Positions 52,885 to 61,959 of a DNA stretch of 64,000 nucleotides are shown here, one piece after another. The translations under genes were made by a program, and so were the position numbers. Source of the stretch: Fimbriosthenelais zetlandica (lineage: Eukaryota). The stretch covers positions 34,720,001 through 34,784,000 of the forward strand of contig OZ365115.1 of NCBI GenBank assembly GCA_977030845.1, read 5' to 3'. Below the pieces are notes generated by a model. It searched no databases. It had not been told where the DNA came from and saw only the letters and a program-made list of their open reading frames with translations. How positions within the stretch are numbered: the first letter of the stretch is position 1; each line of letters starts with the position of its first letter.

Positions 52885-52974
52885 CCTAGGCCTAAAGTCT
52901 GAATGTAGGCATAGTCAGTGACCGTGCATGTCAGTGACAGTGTAGACGGCTGTAGCCAGTGACACTCGCCTTAC

Positions 52975-53091
52975 TCCTATATTTACCAAAGATTCAAGGC
53001 GTTTCCGCAATGATAATGCTTCCGCAATGAATTCCTTGGACGTCTTTACCCCGGAGCACCATTGAAATTGTAATTCTAACAATTATATCAT
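52975..53091 (-). pseudogene. Possible degenerate first exon of a second, convergent gene in the P-like element
   Basis: The minus-strand reading MI*LLELQFQWCSGVKTSKEFIAEALSLRKRLESLVNIG (39 codons, one stop) starts about 60 nt inside the right TIR block and ends at a phase-0 GGA|GTAAGG donor. No homology was recognised. Confidence 0.28.
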
Positions 53092-54922
53092 TGTTTTTAT
53101 GGACCATCGTCCAGACACTCCCGCTTCGCAAAGCTAGTCAGCTGGCAGCCGGAAGTCAACTATCCTGTTTACAGGCCGCGCATGCGTGCCGCGCGCTCGA
53201 GGGAGTTGGCGGTCCATCTATCTACGTCTATGGCCTCATTGAGTCAGTTGCATTTATTAAAAAATACATTCTTTCTTCTAAATGGACTATTTTTGGAATT
53301 GGTGCACCAGATCTGACACAAATTGTCAGAGCCGACAGATGAGGAAACGGTCAGGAATATTGACTTTGATTTGAACTGACTATAATAGGTCTGTGTTATG
53401 CATCTGATAAAGCTTGCTTTGTAACTTCGTTATATTGTTTTTTTTAAATTGGCGCTGAACATATGCGCTATTGATATCAAAATAAAATCTAACTAAAGTG
53501 TTATAAAATAATTATACTTATACTTGAAGAAATAGGACTAGGGATGGACTCATTTCTGCATTCCCTATCATTTTAATAAAATCTTCCTGAAATGCCCCTA
53601 ACTTTTAAAAGTCCTGTATATTCCCTCTAGTAGGCCTATATTCTATACTCACGTTAAGTCAGATACATACAACCCTCAATATCATTCAGCGTCAAATTTA
53701 TTAGCAAAAACTCACATGGAAGTCTATTCTTTTATGTCAATGTTTATGAGAATTCCTGTAACAAATTGCACTGAGTAAACTGCCTAACCCCACACTATCG
53801 ACCTTAGAAAGAAAAGCTCCCCGGTGAAGAATATATCCCGTGTGTTTTACACATCAAGGTAATAAATTATGGAATAATCATGGTCTCTCATATGGTGTTG
53901 TCATCAAGCTGGTTTGTATGAAAAGACAATGTAATCATTGGTACAATTTGTACCAGGGTGATGTGACATCACTCCACAGGTCTGATGGTGGCTGGTGCTT
54001 TATAACTCCCACTTGTCCAGGCTATTTCCATGCTATAATGGACACAGTATGTCATTCCTCATACATTAATATGTATTATTCCACGGAATTTCATGCTTTG
54101 TTGCATCCGCCATATCATATGCCCATCATTGAGAAAGACCTGTTTCTACAATATGCTTTATGATTTTTTTTTAATGAATACAAATTGGAACCGTAATATT
54201 TATATTGCAATAAATCATATACTTAGAATCGATGGGTGGTAGTAGGCCTAAACCTTTTTTTATCTATTTTCATGGTTTTCACCTTCGTTGGGATATGTGT
54301 ATTCTATAGCCTACAAAGACCACTATAATTATTTAAAGAGAATTTAGTAAGTTGTTATGAATGATACTAAGTCCATTTAAAGAAACAGAAGCCCCCTTTA
54401 AGATATCAGGCGGCTCGTGACTCCATGACACCTGTCACACACGTTTGTGACGTCTGTCAAACGTCGAGTTGCTATGGTGACGAGTGACGTCCCTGAACGT
54501 CATGGTACGTCTCGCTGCCAGCTTCATTCGATCAGGTTCAACTCTCTACCCCCAAACATATTATTCTAATTTTATCTGGATATTATATAATGGAAAATAT
54601 TAAAATCTGACGGTAAAATTGATCAGTTTTCTTCATTAATCATACTAAGACAATATTCTTGGGGGACGCTCATCAAAAGCTTGAAGAAATATTTCTGATA
54701 TTGTTATTATGTTTAAATATATACTAAATTAAAGTCCTGGGCAAGTTTAATCGTGTCTGTCTCCACCTGATCATGGAAACAAACATCTTCCCTGCTATGT
54801 TCAGTACACATTTCCCCTGTCCTCTGACAAGCAGGTCCTTTGTTTATATTTTAATGTCATTCAATGAAACTCCATCAAGATCCACGCTGGGCCACCATAA
54901 CGGCTTACCTTACACTGACATT

Positions 54923-55207
54923 CCTATACATTTAACATTGGTTCTCCCCTATTATCGCCCTATACATTTAACATTGCTTCTCCCCTATTATCGCCCTATA
55001 GTTTAAAATTGCTTCTCCCCTCTTATCGCCCTATAGTTTAACATTGCTTCTCCCCTATTATCGCCCTATACGTTAAAATTGCTTCTCCCCTCTTATCGCC
55101 CTATAGTTTAACATTGCTTCTCCCCTATTATCGCCCTATACTTTAACATTGCTTTTCCCCTATTATCGCCCTATATGTTTAACATCGGTTCTCCCCTATT
55201 ATCGCCC
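54923..55207. repeat. 35-36-bp minisatellite, 8 copies
   Basis: The unit is CCTATAGTTTAACATTGCTTCTCCCCTATTATCGC. The copies are contiguous with no spacers, so this is not CRISPR. Confidence 0.92.
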
Positions 55208-56559
55208 AGTAGGATCTCATTGTTTTCATCATTTATGTCCAACGGTTTAGGCTTAAATACTGACTTTAAATGATATTGTAGAGACTGACTTCTTTCCTTT
55301 GCCCATGACACCACCGTGAGTAAGATTTCATCCCACTAGAAAGCAGGAGAACTAGTCCTGAAATCATATTTCTCCCTAACTGATATAAGTAAGGAAGGTC
55401 AAAGATTGTTGAAGTTAGATTTCTTTAAAGGGAGAGTTTATTAGTGAAGCATGTTTTGAGAACCTGTGCTATAAGCCTAATTATAGTGAAAGCAGTGATG
55501 ACACATACAAGCTGTAGTTTACACTGATTGAGAAATTAACCATGAGAGAATCACATTTTCCTGTCACAACTACAGACGCCCGCCTGTACTAATGATAGCT
55601 GTCACCAGTCCACGCCTCTTCTCGCTATATCTGACAGTCCCCTGTCACCCCACCACCCTCCCCCCACCCCCACCCCCCGTCACAACTCTCCTATCACGTC
55701 TCTCCATCCATCAACACCTCCTCCTCCCACCTCTCGTCCCACATCTCGCCACTGCGAGACACGGCGAGAATCAATCTCATCTGGAGATTGCTGATTGGTC
55801 CATCCCTTTTGATGCTCACGTCATGACGTATGACGTTTTGATGACGTGTGGGATGACGTCGTGGCGTTGTGGGAGTTGTGAGGGCTGGTGATCAGATCAG
55901 ACATGTTGCTGTTTTTCTCAGACACTCCTCTTGCTATAAGACGGTCCCTGGGGAGGTGAAGGGGCAGGGACTGATCAAAGATTCTGTAAAGGTGTTGGGG
56001 CAAAGGGGGGGGGGGGTCATCGGTATTGTGGGCGTGGAGGGGCAAGAAAGGGTTGGCCATCAGTTGTGTGGACAAAAGTGAGAGTCATAATATGTCTTTT
56101 CCCTTTGCTTTTTGTCCCTGAGACCCTTAAATCATTGTCTGTTCAGAACAAGCTACCTGTGACCCAAGTCATATTATGCTTCAAGTTAAAATTTTGTAAA
56201 GCTTGTACTGATGTTTTATTAATAAGATTTAAATCTTATGGACTCTCAAGTCCACCTTCCCCACCCCTCCCCAGCATCTCAGCACCCCCCCCCCCCCTCC
56301 CCCTCACATCTCCCCTTCGCCCGATCTCATCTTAGATTCAAAGATGGCGACGTGTAGCGGTCGTCTTGGTAGCAGTGGGCGTGACCTTGGCGGTCTCTGA
56401 GATGGCGGGGTATTGAGGGTGATATGAAGACCATATAAACCTGGCGTCCTCTGGGATCAGCCGTATAGATATGACCCGAGGCCTGTCTGTGGCCTGTGAC
56501 ATGGATAGGGAGGGTCCAGTAGCAATGTCCACCTCCTGGTCATCTCTCATATGTCATCC

Positions 56560-56905
56560 GCCATGTTGACCTTGACCCCGCCATCATGATGACCTTGACC
56601 TCCCCGCTCTGCCACCTCGCTTCACTTCCCGTCCCTCCGCCTCATTTACCCTCACTACTTCCCCGCTTTTCCCTCCTCATTCCCAATCTCACCTCCCGCC
56701 TTTTAGTGATCTCCCATGGGGGATCAGGTCAAAGGTCAACTGGGATTAAGGTCAGAGGTCAGGAGATCAATTCGGCGATGGACACTGAGCGCCATGATTG
56801 ACAGGCGGCGACATGTTTTAATTCGGCTATGGTTGCTATGGTTACCCCGCCATGGTAACGATGGTGATGATGATACATGATGGGTTGATGGTGACCATGG
56901 TTACA
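56560..56905. promoter_or_regulatory. Enhancer-like module: two perfect nuclear-receptor DR1 elements, DR0-like pairs and three RFX X-box-like sites
   Basis: AGGTCAAAGGTCA 56726-56738; AGGTCAGAGGTCA 56749-56761; GTTGCTATGGTTAC 56832; CCATGGTAAC 56850; GTGACCATGGTTAC 56891. Confidence 0.5.
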
Positions 56906-59900
56906 TGACCATCAACTGGACGTCCAGGAGGGGAAGTGACCCACATAGAGACCATGGTATAATGATGATGGCCAGAGATGACCATTCTGCTACATTTCTC
57001 CCACTAAATGACCAATCTGTGTCTGCTCCCAGCGGTCAATCTCACTTACTGACCATGCCATCTATATAGCTACTGATTTAGCTCCACTATTCTCTATGTA
57101 TTGTTATGTTTATGATTATTTTACTGATTTTATTGTCAATTCATTCAGTCACTTCGTAACTCATTGATTCATTCATTCGTCTCTCTTCTCAGCCATTTGC
57201 TCACTGAGTTTCTCAACCAACCATTTGCTCCTTCAGTAACTCACTCACATACTCACTTACACACCAGCTGTGTAGGCCAATATGTATACACACCCTCAAC
57301 TATTAAAAATATATAATATTTACTCAAACATTCCTCAATTGTAAATCACGAGTATAATACTTCCTGAAACTATTTATAATATGATAAATCCAATATTTAC
57401 CAAAGTTGAAGTTTGTGTATCTTTTAACATATCAAATATCACATGATAAGTTTAGATATTGTTGATCAAACTCCATTGTCTCCATTGTCTTCTCTCCTCA
57501 TGATATTGTTCTAGAATCTTCATGGTGTTTTAGAAGCTTTATGATATTGTTCTAGAAGGTTCGTGAGAATCTCAGATTGTTACCATGGTGACGACAGATT
57601 GATTATAAAGTCATGCATCACGTGACACCCAGATAACAACCCTGACAAATAGGATGATGTAAGCCAAACGCCCGCCACCTATCTCTTCTTGTTGATATAT
57701 GACTTCAGTTATGTATAAACATTTGTCATTTTCTCCCCATCCGCCGATAAAAAACGCTCTGGTCCAGTCATCAATGCCGTTAGCAGCAAACAAGCCCCCT
57801 TCTGATTTAGTTTTTGTTGGAGAGTCTTTGTTGTAATTTATTATGAATCAATTCTCACGTTCCTAGGGGAACTTGTCTGTCATCCCAAGCAGGCTGGTGG
57901 TAGAAGTTAGTATTATAGATACATAACTCTCTCTCTCCCTCAATCTCTCCCTTCTCTCCCTCTCTCTTTCTTTGTCTCACTTTCGATCTCATTCTCTCCC
58001 TCTCCTTTCTCTCCTTTCTATCTATCTCTCTCTCTCTCTCTCCCTCTCCCTCTCCCTCTCCCTCTCCCTCTCCTTTCTCGTTTTCTCTGTCTCTCTCTCC
58101 TTTCTCATTCTCTCTAAATCCTCTTCGCCTTGTTTGCTGTCTTCCTCTACAATTGCTGGATATCTCATTATCTAGTCTGGCTTCTATACAAATTCCCTTG
58201 TCTTTAGAACATGGAATATGTCAAACAATTCATATTAATGGTTTTAATGTCGCCCTGCCAAAGCATTTTTCTTTAGATCCCCCATATGAATGACAATGTA
58301 TTAGACATCGTTATAGTAGATATCAAAAAAGATGAAAATGTGCAATATGATAGCCCTCTGTCTGACTACCGGTAACCATTGTGTGCCAGCAGCAGGGGGC
58401 CAGCGAGTCGTCTTTTTAGGCGAGCAACTAAATGAAAACATTTGTATAAGAATAGATAGAGTTACTGGGAGCATGTGGTAAAGCAATGTGGTTGATCATC
58501 ATTGTTTTAACCCGGTACCTGGGGCGTGAAACTAACTCGCCAACTTTATACCTAAATACATCAAGAAATCCTGCTTAAAAAGGCCTGAAACTGTAGACTA
58601 ACTCACCAACTTTATACCTAAATACATCAGGAAAATCCTACTTAAAAAGGTTTTCCTCTGGAGGCCTAGTATACTGCAATGGGTATAATGGTTATCATGT
58701 AACCTTGGCAGCTGAAAATATCTCAGCTTTTGGATGAAAAACTGCCTTGAAAAATGTCCTTCAAGTCTGTTTGACAAGGGAATGGGTTGTAACCCCCTTC
58801 CCATACCCAGCCCCCCTTGCTGGATCCACAACTGGACAGCTTGACCATGTACTGACCATGATTGTCTCCTCTCGCCTTATTCCATTCAATTTGTTATATT
58901 GATGTCAATTTGGTCAAATCTGTCCCCCTCTCTGACACTGACCACTTGGTCTGGTCACTCTGGCCGGCTGTGGGGGGACGCTCGAGGTCAGAGGTCATCA
59001 ATTTGGCATTTCATCCATCCGGCCATCTGAGGCCTGATTATTGACATGTCATTCAGACGGTGAAAAATGCATGTGGCATTACGATTTATAATCCTTATGG
59101 GGTTTCTCCCATTGCCTTCCCATTCTTGCAACTTTTCATTGCAATTTTCTTCATATGGCATGTGATGGGAGGTCTCTAACTTATTGCAGTAGTAGATCTC
59201 CACTCTCGCAACAACTCAAGCAGTGAAACCCCAAGTGCAGCCGCAGCAAGTGCCGCAAGAACATTGCAATCAAAATGAAGGCAATTCAGCAAGCACCTTT
59301 TAGCGATTTCACTTTTTTACCAGAGTAATTTTTAGCTTCATCACATATGTCCATTCCTTCAATCACTTTCACAGTTCAGTCAGAGAGAATTTGGCAACGA
59401 GTTTAAGGCTTGCTGCGTCATGATTATGATTTCTGAGGTCAGGACCAAAAATCAAATTCCTGTAAATGAAATCCACCCAACATGCCCCCTCTGATCCCAT
59501 AACCCATAATGCAATGCGGTGATGACCTTTATGCACTGAGCAATAAGGCCCCCCGCAGAGGTACTACACAAATATACATAATATTTGCATATTGAATATT
59601 CTTACGCAGCCCACTGCAAGAACAGCCATGTCAGGTCAAATGAAACTAGAAACTGGTCGCTTTTAGTCAATGGCTGATCCAGACGGGTGGGGGGATTTGG
59701 GGATTGCAAGATAAGACTGGACAGTACTTGCCCAATATATAGGACATCTGGTATAGCCTATAGGGAAGGAATCGCTGGACTGAATTTCTGAAAAGACTGG
59801 ACTGAATCTCTATATCTGAGGTGTGATTTGAGGAACATTGACATGGGTGTGACAGCCATCTTGTCAACCATGACTTGACACCTGCTCAGCAGAGCAGAGG

Positions 59901-61959
59901 GGAGATGTCAAGAACGCTGGACCCTACGACCCATCACCCAAACTAAGAGGCAAACTGGGGCATATATACAGGCTCTATTCCCTGACCAGAATCGATTTGG
60001 CCAAATTTGACCAATTGACAGATTTGGCCAAATTGACAAACTCCACTCGCAAGTACTTCGATTTGTCACTGTGATTTCCAACCTCAAGGTGATAGGCTCC
60101 TTGCCTGCTCTCAAAATATGCAAGGCTCACTTGCGATTCTCGCAACTTTTCATTGCAATTCACTTGCAGTACGTACGGTTGATATTATTATGGTCCAGCT
60201 CCTGGGCTTTCACTGTTTTTCACTACAGTTTCTATATCTTATCCTGAGCCATCAATAAACTATGCTTAAGAAATTGAATGTCAACTTGGTCCACTCCCCC
60301 ATGTCTCCCCTTCCCCTCCAGTCCACCATCCCCCTCCCCCACCCCCTAATCCCCTAATCCCTTCCCGCATACCCCTCTGAACACGCCACCCAATACCATC
60401 AATACAATATTTCCATCGCATACATGCTGCTTTGCGGTTACTTTCAGTTTCCTTTTACTCATGTCCCGGCCATTATCGATCTTTCTTTAAGTGTAGGATT
60501 TTTCTAACCGCGGAACTCATGAAGGCATGAAAGGTAGGGTGCGGAACAACAGTCTTGTGCATCGTTGTTCAATCTGATATTGAACCAAAACAAAGTGCGT
60601 CAAGGAGAGATTGTCAATAAGTGTTGGCCGTGGAGAGGGGAGGGGTGACATTGTCCTGGCCAACATGTGGGAGTGGAGGATCCAGTTTTCAGCCACCCTG
60701 GTTGATGGTGGGGTGTTGAGGTGTGAAAGACCGTTCTGGATCAGTGGATCCGCATATCAGACTTAACCCAAGCGTGCTGGTCCTCTTAATGGCATCTCTC
60801 TCCCCTGGGAGACGGGGGGAGACCGGGGTGTAGGGCTCTCTCCCCGCCCCTCCTGCCCCCTCATCCCGGGATGGGGAGCTGCTCGCCCCGGGGACCTGAG
60901 CTTGAGCCACTCCCTCTGTCCTGGGTTGCTCCTTCTGTCTTGGACCTCTAGATGGGAAGGACATGGAGGGAGGAGGGATGGATACGGAAGGGATGGAGCA
61001 GGAGCTGGAAGGGAAGAGTCACCGGTACAGGGAGAATAGGATGAGGGATGCATGGGGAGAGAGCAGGAAGGGAAGAGGAGCCAGAAGAGGGAGAATGGGG
61101 AGGGGATGGGAGAAGGGAGGGAGCAGGAGCATTGGGGATGTGGTAGAGAACAGAATAAAGCATGGTCAAGATTAAAACATTGTCGTCGAAGAGAGAGAGA
61201 GAGAGAGAGAGAGTGATTGGAGAGAGAGAGGAGAGTGCAGAGAGAGGGAGCGAAAAGGTACAGGCAGAAACCCTATGAAGGGTAGGCTATAGGCTAGACC
61301 TTACTCGCTATACAGTATCTACTATAGCTATGAGAGGACCAGCTCTATCACAGCCATGTATGGGAGCTACTACTACACCAACCCTACCCTCCTCCTCCAG
61401 TCTCAGTGTTGCTCTCTCTGCTCAGTTTGGTCTTTAATGAGTAGCTCATACAGGGCTCCTATATAACTGCTGGTTCAGGGGCTTCTCCTCTTCTGTTTCA
61501 TATCTACAATAATATTGAAGTACAGGGCATTTGTCTCTGGTATATAAGCCAATGGTATTAAATATGCCAATGCCATCAAGCCATTGCCAATACAATCAAG
61601 CAAATAATGTTCAAAGGCCCTTATATCTTTCAAATGATACAAATCTACGAGTTACTCAAATTAGGTCAATTTCTTTGATATCTGTCAGAAAAACCATTGC
61701 TAAAGATAATGTGTTTAAAGTATAGAGGTTCAACACTTTAACCTATGGTTCTGCAATGAGACATCATTTAAACAATGCAACAGTCATTGCGCCAATGTTT
61801 AAAACCGTGTTAAATTCATTAAAGGTTTAGATATTGGGAAATTTAGGTTGGAAATAACATAGTTGAGATGCAACATACTTCAATACCGTTGTAAAACCTT
61901 GGGTTTTATCAAAGATAGTTTCTACTGTGGGAGGCCTGTACACTATACTGTGGGTGATT

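Larger units (their letters stand above)
49915..53232. mobile_element. Non-autonomous DNA transposon, P-superfamily-like, 3318 bp
   Basis: A perfect 30-bp terminal inverted repeat CATAGACGTAGATAGATGGACCGCCAACTC lies at 49915-49944 and 53203-53232. A second perfect 22-bp inverted block AAACAGGATAGTTGACTTCCGG lies at 50001-50022 and 53149-53170. A 7-bp direct repeat GCCTCAT flanks both ends (49908-49914, 53233-53239). CANRG termini with a 7-8 bp TSD fit the P superfamily. No intact transposase ORF is present. Confidence 0.88.
8118..60170. repeat. Unclassified dispersed repeat family with core AACTTTTCATTGCAATT / GAATCGCAAG
   Basis: The exact 17-mer occurs at 32404, 32498, 45459 (minus), 59130 and 60144. 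Degenerate copies lie near 8118, 10440-10650, 14090, 22160-22440, 27200 and 40415. Confidence 0.7.
3165..61250. repeat. Dispersed polypyrimidine/polypurine (CT/GA) low-complexity tracts
   Basis: CT-rich on +: about 3165-3375, 7620-7725, 12340-12497, 20060-20310, 21490-21670, 23915-24000, 27390-27790, 35150-35610 and 57925-58125. GA-rich on +: about 12870-12960, 21240-21485, 49310-49710 and 61190-61250. Confidence 0.85.

Noticed and set aside
54923-55207. Regular 35-bp repeats that superficially resemble a CRISPR array
   Set aside because: The repeats are contiguous with no unique spacers, there are no cas genes, and the context is eukaryotic.
26000-57860. Su(H)/CSL sites (GTGRGAA), attractive because hamlet acts in Notch-patterned lineages
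   Set aside because: About a dozen were seen, close to the roughly 15 expected by chance for this 7-mer on both strands.
61455-61470. TATATAA TATA-box-like word
   Set aside because: It is an isolated short motif with no supporting initiator or downstream exon structure.
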